Shown here: positions 48,474 through 60,570 of the stretch, piece by piece | Position numbering within the stretch: position 1 is the stretch's first letter | How the letters are laid out: every line of letters starts with the position of its first letter | NCBI RefSeq assembly: GCF_025526975.1 | Contig: NW_026515681.1 | Coordinates: forward strand, 310,001 to 374,000 | Direction: 5' to 3' | Origin: Fimicolochytrium jonesii | Lineage: Eukaryota | Length of the DNA stretch: 64,000 nucleotides | Translations under genes and position numbers: made by a program | Notes under the pieces: generated by a model | What the model was told of the DNA's origin: nothing | What the model saw: the letters and a program-made list of their open reading frames with translations, nothing else | Database searches by the model: none

Positions 48474-51400
48474 ATGGGCGGTTTGGTGCTCTACAACAGG
48501 CGCTGGAACGTCGCTAGGTAAAGCTACTGCTTTCGAGAGGAATAGCATGTCTCCGTGCAAGAAACAAGGCTTCCATTGACCAACGTCTAATAGTGACGAT
48601 TTCTTCTTCCCAGCCGTCTATGGATTGTGTGTTCACTTCCTCTGGTAGTTGCGCACAGGGGGCTGGGCACGCGTCCTATTCTGCTTTCTTACGCTGACTG
48701 TTGCAACCTGTAGGCTACTCGGAGCGATTTTAGTGTATCGCCATACGTCTACGAGTCAAGAGCACGAATGCTATAATGATAGAGGTCTATCCGCGTACTT
48801 GATCATTTCCATCATCGTGCTGTCCTTCGAGATTATCAACGATGCGGTGACTGGGTGGATCTCGCTTCAAGGAACGGTCGCAGATGATCGGCCACGCAGG
48901 CACATTACGTGAGCTCGAAGATAAGCCATTTGGCTTTTGGACTGAAATATCTCATATCCTCTCCGCTTCAGCAAAGCGATCTATACACATGCGCTTCTTA
49001 TGATCATTGAGTTCGTAAGTTTGCCCCAGAATGTTCATGAGCGATGCGGAAAACACGGCCTAACGATCTCTCGCAACAGGCAGTTCAAATCTTCGGTCTC
49101 AGTCTGATCCTCGGCTCGTCACCATTGACATGTCCGGAACCCTCCAAAGTGGGGCTGGTGGTTCGCATCCTGATCGGACTGAGCACAGCAGGGCTACTGG
49201 GATACTTTATCCTCACCTTGATCTTGTTCCTCCGATCGACCTCGCTGGATGTGGACGCCATCGACCATACCTCCGTTTGGCGCAAACGGTTGAAGCTCAT
49301 GTTTTTCTCGCACTCGCGGAAGCAAAGGCTCGATGCGGCCGGTACGAGCACGAACGATGACGATCCGGACGTGTTGACGGAGGTTGCGAGAATCTTCGCC
49401 GAATTCATGCAGGATGCCATCACGGTACCGAGTGACATCTTGGTTGGGGTAGTTTTACTGCGGCAAAAGCAAAGACGCAGACGGGCGAAACAGTTGGAGG
49501 CCGGGAGTCAGATCTTCAACATATCCATGGCCGACGCGTCCACCACTCTCTCCGGGAAGGCGGCTGCTGGGCTGTTGGATCCGCCTAAAGCGAATACGCC
49601 TCTGGTTCAGGAGATGGCGGAAGTGGAGATACCAGCATCGTCCATCGCTACGCCGGCCACATCAACTACTGGCGTCCGTAACGTGCCTGTCCTGTACGAT
49701 GAGATATCCGACATCACGTACTTCTTCCAGTACGCCGAATGCATCTACGGCTTGCCGCTTTACATGCTGACCAACATGAAGCGCGGGGTATACCATTTGT
49801 GTTGTCCATGGTCGCGGAAATCCCCGGAGACCGCTGTGGCAGCCATCCGCTCGTACACTACCGAGACTTTCATTCCGTGTCTTCCGGTTTCAATTCCCAT
49901 TGGGGACCAGCTACCTCATGCCGATTTGGTCCACATCTCTCTGCAAGGGGGACTCTTCAGATCGCCGTTTGTGGTCTGCTTTGATCATCCACGGTCGACC
50001 ATCGTGATTGCAGTGCGAGGGACCCTGTCGACGGCCGATATCTTGGTAGATCTGAACTGCGATCTGACCGAGATCGATGTCCCCGGGTTGGAGAGCGGTG
50101 ACAAGGCTCACACGCATTCTGGAATGGTGGGTTACGTAATTGAGAGGATCGAAATCTGTAACATCGACTTATGTTCCTCCATCCCCAGTTCCGGACGGCG
50201 AAGAATGTCATGCGGGAGATTGAACGCGAGGGCGTACTGAGGCGGTTGCTGCTGGAAGAGGGAAGCAAGTACCAGAGTTATGGCCTTGTCTGTTGTGGAC
50301 ATTCCTTGGGCGGGGTAGGTCTTCCAGCGAAACTGGCTGTACAGGAAGCACCCCATCTCTTAACACAATCATGTCTCGAAATAGGGCGTGGCTTGTCTGC
50401 TAGCCTTCCTCCTGCGCACAAGCACGTATCCGACAGCCCGCGCCATATGCTACAGTCCACCAGGCTGCATGGTAACTCACAGCGCACAGGGATACTTCCA
50501 GCAATTCTGCACAACCGTCGTCCTGGGCACTGATGTCGTTCCCCGACTCAATCGAGCGACAGTCGAAGACCTGAAAGTGAATGTCAACAGATGTCTAAGC
50601 ACCTGCCACCAGCATAAACTTCGAGTTCTGGGCTCGTGGGTGTTACAGGACTGGTTGGGCGTACCATGGTTCTTGCGTCGTGCAAACAGCCCCGAGGAGG
50701 ATGGGGAGGATCGGGCTGGGTCTGATAATGGGGACGGCGGGTTCGGCGAGCAGCTCACTACAGACGATGAGGAAGATCCCGACCCCGTCGCAGCCCAACG
50801 CCGTCGTCTACGGTCCAGTCGGAAACTGCGCCACGATACCCAAGAAAGTGTCGGGAGCACGAGCAACCTGGTAGTGAACCGCACTTCCGTCGGGTATCGG
50901 CCTGGGAAGGAACAGATACATCCGACGTTGACTCCGGATTTGGAGCTGGGTAATCCGATGGACAGCTTTCAGCTTGGAAGCGGCGAGGCATCGAGTGCAG
51001 CCCAGCAACCGCGGCGCATGTCGAGTCCCAGTCCGGAAAGATCTTCAAAATTGTCGAATTCGCAGACGATATACGCCAAAACGTACCTTCCGGGCAAGAT
51101 TTTGTACTTTCAGAAGACCCGGGCTGACCTTGTGCAAAGACCAGCTCGTCCATCAGGGGGGGTTTCGGCTATCCCGGAGGCCGCATCATCAGCTGCCGAC
51201 CCTCTCACCGACGACACGATATCACAACCCCGAGAGCTAGAAACCATCCGAGTATCCGCCGACTCCCCCTCCCAAACCTCCCCCTCCAGCGACACTAGCG
51301 GCCATCAACGCCCCATCAAACACCACACCCCCTTCTCCTCCTTCACCCGCTGGACCTCCTCCATGCGTCCCCTCACCAAATCCAAGTCGCGGCCGTCGCC

Positions 51401-51692
51401 CCGATCACAAGATCCCCGCCGGCACCCGCGCCTGTACACGGCGACATGGGCGACGGCAGACCAGTTCCAGGAGATTGTGATTTCGACGACGATGGCAGGG
51501 GATCATATGCCGAATCATATGGCGAAGGTGTTTAGGAATGTGGATGCTGCTGTTGCGAGGAGGAGAAGGCGGAAGGCGGCGGCGGCGGGTGGGGTTGGTG
51601 GAGGTGCGAATGGAGATGTTATTATTGACGTAGATGAGGATGAGGCGGGGGGGCTTGATGATGGGATCGTGCCGCCGGTTCTTGGAAGGTGA
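48474..51692 (+). CDS. sn1-specific diacylglycerol lipase (DAGL-like; N-terminal TM helices + lipase class 3), multi-exon
   Basis: MGGLVLYNRRWNVASDDFFFP (DAGL-like N-terminus), VPSDILVGVVLL, PFVVCFDH..IVIAVRGTLS, HSGM, GHSLGG, YSPPGC, DVVPRL, DHMP. Confidence 0.88.
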
Positions 51693-52094
51693 GGTTGAAG
51701 TTGTTCACATTTAGCATTGGACTGTGACAATTTTGGAGGAGAATCTCATCAGAACGATGATCTCGCAAGTGATATCAATCGCAGGCCCTTGCGTATGACC
51801 TCTACATATGTAACATTTTTGGTTTTGACAAAGTCCTCGAGCGTATGATACATTGAAAATATGTACAGTGAAAAAGAAAAGGGAAAGTTGGTGGCTCTTC
51901 GAGTAAAGGAGAGCGCATGTAAAGACATGTAGGAACTGGTTCAGGCGGAGGATGGAAACAGGTCGATGGACGTCGCATGGCAGCCGTGGCCCGCAATGGA
52001 TGAAGAGAGATGGGATACCTCCCAAAGCCCGATCGGTTAAGACATGTGACATCCCAATTGTTGCCATGCGCGAAAAGCGCACTAGGATCGACAT

Positions 52095-52763
52095 CTACTG
52101 AATGACGCAGCCCTTCTTTGGCGGCTCAGCATCCCCACTAGTCTGCTTCTCAATCTCCATCAGCATTGTCTCAAACGCTTTCGCAACCCCCTGGTTCAGC
52201 TTAGCCGAACACTCAACCGTGGCACAATTCCACTCCTTCGCCAGCGCCTCGGCCTCCGAGCTCTCCACCTGCCTCTGCTGATGCAAATCCAGCTTATTTC
52301 CCACCAACACCAGCGGCACCCACTCCATGCCGGTATAATTCAGAATTTTATCACGGACAACCGAACACATCTCAAACGAGGCACGCGAGGCGACGGAGTA
52401 GATGAGCATGTAGCCGTGTATCCCAAGGGCGTGTTTGGAGTTGAGGATGGAGTACTCGTCCTGGCCCGCGGTGTCGTAGATCTCGAGCAGGTACTCGTGG
52501 TGGGTTGTTGGGTGGCGCATGGTCTTTTGGAAGGTGTTTTCGATGGTTGGGTAGTAGGTTTCGGCGAAGTGGTTCTCGACGTATTGCACAGTGAGGGAGG
52601 ACTTGCCGACGGCGCGGGAGCCGAGGACGGCGATTTTGCGGACCTGGGATTTGACGTGGGTAAACGAAACTTAGAGAAGAAGTCGGGGGCGGACTTGACG
52701 AGGACAAACATGCAGTGCGCTCGAGGACCCTTATCTCTCACTCACCTTAGCTGGACTGGCCAT
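52095..52763 (-). CDS. RHB1: Rheb small GTPase, 2 exons
   Basis: VRKIAVLGSRAVGKSSLTVQYVENHFAETYYPTIENTF (Rheb-type Arg in G1), DTAGQDEYS, NKLD, CAAX CVIQ. Confidence 0.95.
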
Positions 52764-53148
52764 TGTTATGAAGCTTTGTTTGAGAAGGGGTAGAAACGAG
52801 ATAACCCGTCGTCTTTTCGCGAGTGGAAAGTGTGATTTGAACGAGACTAGTGCGACGGCTAAGCGCACGAACGTTCTTGGAATTCGGGCGATATATGTAA
52901 AAGCCCGAGGAGGAGGCTGAGGTTTGTCTCTGGAGGTTTCGTCAAAGTAGTCCGGGAATGACGTTTCACCTGATGTCGATGTTGTTGGAGTTCCTGAGCC
53001 TCTCTGTCGACTTGTCAAGTCAGCCCAGCCGTGGAGGCCGTGGGAAAGTGGTGACGTTCCAAGCTGCATGACGCGGCTCTCTCTCGCTCTCTCGCGCTCT
53101 CTCCCGGCAGAAGTCGCTTGGACACTGCAACTCCAACCATGCATAGCC

Positions 53149-56100
53149 ATGGACGACATAGACCTCGATATCGAAGGCACGGAGGACGACGACTCTACCG
53201 AACTATCCTCACCAACTCTACCGCAGGAACAGCCCACCGTCGCACATTCTCTGGCCCCTCCGACTGAGCTTCTAAGCCCAAATACCCTAAGGTGAGAAAA
53301 CACCGTACGAAACAATCTTGGACCAACTGGACGATAACCTCGAAGATAACCCCACTTCCTATTGGTTTGTAGTGCCCAACTGCAACAACATGAGCTCTTG
53401 GGAGAACTGCTGGACCAGTTTCCAGAGCCCGACTGGCTCGATGCGCATACGGTGAGTTGCAGAATTGGGTCGTCAAAGCATCCGGTCCCTCACACATCTT
53501 CGCTGCTTTAGCAGACGTGGGGTGCGGCGCCAGATCCCGATATGGACGAACAGTCTCGGGCTCTCATAGCGTCGATGTTGGCCGAGGAGCAATTGTATCT
53601 TGGACAGGGCACGGTCGCCCTGCCAGGATCATCTAGCAGCGCGCCAAATGAAGTTGTGACTGATGCGAACGGGAAGCGGAAACGCCCTCCAACGGCGTCT
53701 CGGGAAGATAGCGCGTAAGGGCGATACTAGATTGGCCGCATACACTGAGGAGTCGGGGTATTCAATGGTCACTGTCGTTCCTGCAGAACTCGGAAACGGA
53801 CGAAAAATGAGCAGGTCCGGTCTCACAACTTGAAATGGACCAAAGAGGAAGATGCCGCTCTTCGGGAAGGGATTGTATGTGTTCGGAGAACCATTTGGGA
53901 TTTTCAATTGCGAATTTTTTTCCCATTCACACCTGTTTACGACGATAGGCAGTTCACGGATATGGTGCCTGGAAACAGATTGCAGCCCAAATGCGAACGA
54001 GGACTGCTCTGCAGATCAAGAACCATGTCAGGCATCTGACGGTCTACGGAGGTGTCCATTTCGAAGGTGCAGACGAATCGCAACAGACACTCGCGAAAAG
54101 TATTAGTCCGCAGATCGCAGCAACAACAGCGACAGCCGTCGCTGAGCCCAGTGATGATCAGAATGTAGAGGAAGAGGACATCGACATTTCCGGCGACGAT
54201 GAGGAAGCGATGATTCCGGCAGTACAGCCGTTGACGTTAGAGCCCTTATCGGATACTGCAGAGACGGACGAGTCCGCTGATGAAGTTGGAGAGGAGGCGG
54301 TCGTGAGCCCACCGGCTGCAGCAGATATACCCGTGTTCAAACCCCCACCAGCGTCCTCGCATGCCATTCCCCTGAACGAGGGAGGACTTGAAGCGCCACC
54401 AAAGTCTCATGGAAATCGGTTTTCCTTAGACGAGCGAATACCTGTAATCACCAAATCGCCTGATATCACAAGCTTGGATGTGGACAGGAGAAATGAGGCG
54501 ACGAGTCGCGACATCGAAAGGATGGAAGTTGATGAATTGATTGCTCTAGAAAACGAATCGAGCGTCAAGCAGGATAGCGATGAGGATTATGCAAAATCCT
54601 CATTGCAACAGACGGCGGACGGAGATGTTTATGGAGAGCAGTCTGTCGATCGTCATGAGTCGGGAAAGGAAGACCAGCCAGGACTGGCAAAGGCAGAATG
54701 TCAGAAATCGCCTGTTTCCGCCTCTGAAATCGTACAAGCTATAGATTCCGTCCTGAACCCTGCTGATCCGACACTACCTGATTCCGCTGCCAATAACGCA
54801 ATCGACCGGGATATAGTGTCCCGGCACGAAGTCACAGCATTACCCGAATGGTTCCTATCCACACTAGCACTATCACAGGGCAAAAAGCCCCACCCGCGGA
54901 CGCTACACAAAACCCCAGAACGCTACATGAAGATCCGCAACTACATCCTGAACGCGTGGGACAAACGAAAACCCAAATACCTGACCAAAACCAGCGTCAG
55001 GCCCGGATTGAAAGGTGAAGGCGACGTCAACGCCATTGGTCGCATACACGACTACTTAGAGCAGGTTGGGGCTATCAATGTGGGATGTCCGGAGAAAGGC
55101 GGGAGGAAGAACTATGGAATGAATTCTGCGAAGAAAGGAAAAGACGAGGCGTTAGATGATTTCACTGAGCAAGAAGCCGGGAGCGTATGGAACTTCATAG
55201 ACGAAGGTCAACGCCGCAAACGGCGGGTACGGAACGCACAAGGCGAATGGGTGGACGAAGACGGCAACGGCGCAGCAGCATCCGATCTCTCCAAAGAGGA
55301 GCTCGAAATAGCGCGCGAAGAAGCCCGCCTCTTCGCCCTCAACTCCAAATACTTCGCCGACGAAGAGCTCGAAAAATTCGACAAACGTCTCCTCAAACGT
55401 CGCCAACGGCAACAAACCACCAACAAATTCGAGAACGGCCCCGTCTCTGACGTCCTCGGCGAATACGACCCCTTCCGCCTCATCCCCAATCGTGCATATT
55501 CCGATTCAACCCACATCCCGCCCTTCACAGTAACGGTCGAATCCAACGCCCTCATCACAATGGACTTCCACTCCCACCTCGCCCAAACCGAAATCATCGG
55601 CCTCCTCGGCGGAACCTACGACGCCCTCACATCCACCTTATCCATCCGCGACGTCTTCCCCTGCCAATCCATGAGCACGGGCGTCCAATGCGAAATGGAC
55701 CCAGACTCAGAAGTCCAAGCCCGCGACGCCTTTGCACAAAAGGAACTCGACGTCGTCGGGTGGTATCACTCCCACCCAACCTTCGAGCCCATCCCCTCCA
55801 TCCGCGACATCGAAAACCAGACCAACTACCAAACCCTCTTCCAGCGACACGATACGGGCGTCGAACCCTTCATCGGCGCCATTGTGTCCCCATATGACCC
55901 CGCATACGCCGCTGCGCGAAAGTCGAAGATTGGCTGGGTGCATATCTCGCAGGAGTGGAATTCGGGGCATGAGTACAGGTTGCCGTATGCGTGTGTGGTT
56001 AGCGTTGTGCCGAGCGAGAGGTTGGGGGCGGAGCTGTTTGCGGGGTTGGTGGGGTTGGTGGGGGAGTATCGGGGCTATGAGCAGTATGTATATTCATCCA

Positions 56101-56337
56101 TGTTTCCCCCTTCTTTGTGTGTTCAGACCTCATGGCTAACCCTACTCAATCTCCCCCAGCCGAATGGACCTCTCCAAACCCTTCGCCTCCCGCCACGACC
56201 CCTCCTACACTCGTCTCGACAAACTCATCAACAGCATCGAGTCGCACGCCCAGGTCGTGGGCACCGCGGATGAGACGCAGGCGTTTGTGACGCGGCTGAG
56301 GGAGATGGTTGTTAAGGGGTTTGGGATGGGTGGTTGA
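53149..56337 (+). CDS. MYSM1: MYSM1-like deubiquitinase (Myb/SANT + SWIRM + MPN+/JAMM), multi-exon
   Basis: SRALIASMLAEEQLY, KWTKEED..MRTRTALQIKNH (SANT), KTPERYMKIRNYIL..YLTKTSVRPGLK..GDVNAIGRIHDYLEQVGAIN (SWIRM), EIIGLLGG..VGWYHSHPTFEPIPSIRDIENQ (JAMM). Confidence 0.93.
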
Positions 56338-56750
56338 GGCTGCTTATCTTATGGCGCCTGGAGTCTCCTCTGTAGCTACCATGTAAATAGCGGATTGATG
56401 ATACCTACTGCTTGCCGCTTTTGTTCAAAGCGAGCGCTCTAATGAAAAACCTGGATATCTTTTTCAAGAGTATCCTCATTCGCGTTCTCGGCGACCTCGG
56501 AGATCTGAAAGCCAAAAACAGTCTTTTCGGAGAAAATTCATTCAATTGAATTGAAACCTACATACAGGAAAGGGGGAAGATATACAAGTCGTGTAAATAG
56601 ATATACTGAAGCTTACGAATCCGGAGTTCATGGCGCCTTACACGCCGTACGGGTATCAAAGACACATCAAAACAAAGTAAATCAAAGAAAAAGGAGTACG
56701 CCAAAGTCCAACGAGTATACGACTGTCCATTCACAGTCCTCCAACTCAAA

Positions 56751-59003
56751 TCAGTACCTGAACTGCTCCCTCCCCCCTTGCAGTCGTTTCTCCATCGGAC
56801 CCGGCGATCGCGCGGAGGTATACATAACCGGCATACTGTACCGTCCATTCTCCGGGTTATGATGGTGATGCGGGTGCCCGAACGGCAGCGGCGGCGAAGT
56901 GGAAGTGCGGAAACCCTGCGCCGACATCGGGGGCGGATAACTCCCACGCGGGAGCGAGTTGCTTTCAACGGGGCCGCGGGAGAAGCTGCGATGGGCTGCG
57001 AGGGCGGCTAATGGAGCGTCTTCTTCGGGGACGCCGTTGGGGAGGAGGGTGATGGAGGGGGTTTGATGGTGGTCCGTGGGCATGAGCACGATGGTGGAGC
57101 CGCTTGCTGAGGAGGGTGGGGCGTCAGGGGTGTCGACGCGGGGTTGGAGTTCCTCGGCGGCTACCGGCACGATTTGGAAAAGGGGTCCGTTGCGAGAATG
57201 CGCGCGGGTGTCGATACCAAGGAATTTCGGCGTCTCGGCGCGTTCAGGGGGCAGGTCGTTCTTCATGTCCTGGGGGTTCTTGATGGCGGTGAGACCCATC
57301 TCGTTGTACTTCTTGACGGCCAACTCCTCGTGCTTGTCGGCATCGACGGCGTCTTTGGGCAGTTTGGTGAAGTAGGTGGTTTGCACGTACTTGGCGAGAC
57401 GCGCCGCGATCTTGCCCAAGGGTTTTTCGAACAGGTAGTGCAGGAGCGTGGCCATGATCATCGAGCTGCCGAATGTGAATAGCACACCATCGATGCCTTC
57501 GATGCCGTAGTTGTGGACCAGGTGGATGCCGACCGGGTGGATCATGTAAAGCGGGAAAGAGATCTCTCCGGCGAAGGTGAAAAAGTTCCATGTGAAAAAA
57601 CGGCCGAAGGATCGATCCCTGCAGTATAGACTGACGACGAGGATGATGACCGCAGAGCCAATGACGGGCCATTCGCCCATGTGATCGGCATACCACGACA
57701 GCGGTTCTCGCGGGATTCGCCTATGCAGGAGAATGCGCGCATAGTACGGGAAGGTGAGGAACAGTACCAACACAATCACCCAGAGCACCAGGTCCGCGGC
57801 GATAGAGATCCACTTGGAAGCAAGTTTGCTGAACTTCTGGTTGACGTTGAGTGCCTTGGGCCGCGACTCGTAGATCACGAAGCCGTATTGCGCAAATAGG
57901 TGGTAGATGAAGGCAGCCAGACTTCCCAGCCAGAACCGAGGCATGAACGGGAAGATGTGGTAGTAGTTGATCGTCCCGTGCGACGACCAGAACATTGGCA
58001 CGATCCAGATGTTGATCAGAGTCAGTGCTATGAGCAGCATGATGCGGCGCCCGAATCGGTAATAAACATGGATGACTCGGTTGTGAAGACCCTTGCGATA
58101 GTGTTCTTGCATCATCTTTTCGGCCTCTCCCAAACCTGTGAAATCAGATTCTGTTAATTGAAAGGCTCGTGTGAAGGTGATGAACTGAGCGCTAGCTGGC
58201 ATACCGTACGGATAGTTTGGCGGATTGGTTTTAGTACCCATGATCCATTCCCCCAGCTTGTCCTTCCTCTCAGCCATCTCGTAGAGAACGCTATAAGGGA
58301 AGATAGGAGGTAAGAACATGTTTAAAGCATTCCCACACCATGACAAGAATCACATCACTCACATGTAGAATGGCATAATAAGGTAGTATTCGAACTCTGG
58401 AGGAATGGTCCAGAAAATGGAGTTCACATCGTAGAAGAACGCATACGGAAGAACCTTGTTCCATCCAAACGCGACGTAATTCCGCAGATCGCCGTACGGT
58501 TGGTGCAGCTCGCTCACAGCCGCAATGATGACCAGAACGATCCAGTACAGGGGCAAGATTCGGAAAGCTCGACGAATAAAGTACTTGATCCACCGTACGC
58601 TGAGCCAGGGCACAAGGATGCCATTCTCGGACCATTTGACGTATTTGGCATCAGGGGGCCGTTGCGGTTCCGTGAGGGATCTGACAGTGAGCAGGAACGC
58701 GGAGAGGACAAAGAAGAAGAGCACGGCTACGTTGCCCATCTCCTGCAACGCTTCCCAGCCGTTTAGGTACATCATCGCACCCGTGCCTCCCGTCAAGTGT
58801 CCTGCTACGACTCCAAGAGCAGCGACGCCTCGAAGGCCGGTGAGACACGGAACGTTGAAGAAGACTGCGCCTTTGCGCACGGGCTTTGTTTGTAGTGGGG
58901 CTTCTCCATCGTTGGCTTTCTTTGGTTCAGGAACGTCAACCGTAGTCGTTACCTTATGGTCAGGTCGCGTCGCCATCGCTGTGACATTCAGAGGGGCGGC
59001 CAT
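56751..59003 (-). CDS. Acyltransferase family 3 (OafA-like) polytopic membrane protein, 2 exons
   Basis: LTGLRGVAALGVVAGH, AVLFFFVLSAFLL, YFIRRAFRILPLY, FWTIPPEFEYY, GEISFPLYMIH, LHYLFEKP. Confidence 0.9.
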
Positions 59004-59939
59004 CCGGGAATTCTCTGACAGAGATAGAAGTGGAACGTAAGGCTTTCGTTTCACACAGCGGAAGAGAAGTGCTGAAGACCGCGAGGAAGCAAGCCACGAC
59101 CTCGGAGCCGGCCAATCCAACGTTGCGTGCTCATATGAGCCCATCACCACATACCTGTCATGCGTCCTGCTTCTGTAACCCCAAAGAATAAACCTTCAGC
59201 ACGTTGGATATCAACGACCTTCCAAAACTACTGGGATTCTCCAAAATCTCGATAGCTTTCAGCGCAGGGAACAATCAAGATAGATGCTTGTTGAACCCCT
59301 CAAGAGTCCAGACCATGGCACGTTCCTCAAGTCGTCCGTCGTCCATCGTTCGTTTGCAAGGACGGGCAGGGAGAAAACGGAGGAACCAGCCCGCGCGCGG
59401 GAAGGGTTGGCGAACCCTTCTGAGGCTGGTTCTCGCATAACGGCGTAACTGCGGTGACCGTCAGAAAAAAGAGGGTTGGTTGAGCGCTTGCGGTATATGA
59501 TGTTATTTGAGCGTGGGCCAAGGGACAAGCCTCATCCGCATGGCCCATGCGCAGAATCCAGGAGATATCGATATGGCCCTTGGTGGATGCCTGCCCTCGT
59601 CCCGCTCTTTTTGCAGAGCAAAACGGCCAATGCGCGCACAAAGCACTTCGCAGGGATTCGGAGGCGCGGGCGAGGAGGTGGAACTGACACCCGAAAGTGT
59701 TCTTGGGTGGGTAAAGAAAGGTAAAGCGGCATCGTCGTCGTTCTCCCATCTCGGCCAAGATTGGCATTGGAAGTGTTCGGGATCGAGCACACAACAAAGA
59801 GAACACTTCGTCAAACCTAGCATATCGGCAACATTGAGAACATAGTTGACCAAAGGAGCAACTCCAAGCACTACCACCAATATCACATTCTGACATTCTT
59901 CGAAAAGAATCAATACACATAACCGAAACGACAGTCAAG

Positions 59940-60356
59940 ATGCGCCATCCAGTAACACTCATCCCACCATCCCCCACCGTCCTCCTCCTCCTCCTCGCCC
60001 TCCTCCTCACGCTGCTCAACCCAAGTTCCGCCTCCCCCGCCCCCCGGCCCCTCCCGCAACAACACACCTCCCCCAACGACCCGCTCCCCCAAGACCCGGG
60101 CCCACCACCCAACATCGACTGCATAGTCCAATGGTCCGACTTCTCCTGCTGCGCCAACAACATCAAGACGAGCAAAGGGACCGTGCTCGTCACTGCGAGT
60201 GGTGAGGGCAAGGTGTGTCCTTTGACGTTGAGTCGGACGGAGTATTGTCAGGTTGGAGACGCTGATTGTGGGCCTAATGGGGGCGTGAGGGCGGGTGTGG
60301 GTGGGGTGATGTATGCGATTGTGGGGGTTGTTGTTGTTGCTTGGGTTTCTTTGTAG
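59940..60356 (+). CDS. Small secreted/anchored protein with a TSP1(spondin)-like Cys motif
   Basis: Hydrophobic signal, Pro-rich linker, IDCIVQWSDFSCC..TVLVTASGEGKVCPLTLSRTEYC and a hydrophobic C-terminus. Confidence 0.7.
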   Translation: MRHPVTLIPPSPTVLLLLLALLLTLLNPSSASPAPRPLPQQHTSPNDPLPQDPGPPPNIDCIVQWSDFSCCANNIKTSKGTVLVTASGEGKVCPLTLSRTEYCQVGDADCGPNGGVRAGVGGVMYAIVGVVVVAWVSL

Positions 60357-60570
60357 GCTGAGACGGCGTAGTCGGACATCGCATGTCTCCCATGTCTTCC
60401 CATGTCTTTCCGATAATATTTGTAATTGTAGATGATGGAATGGTCCCCGTCTTCATGTATTTGTATTTAAAGCCCCCTGCGAGAGGAATCAATCGATCTA
60501 AACTACTCTACACCTACGCTCGATTTTTAATTTACTACACTACTGCTCTTGTAAGAGCTATGCCTCCGCT

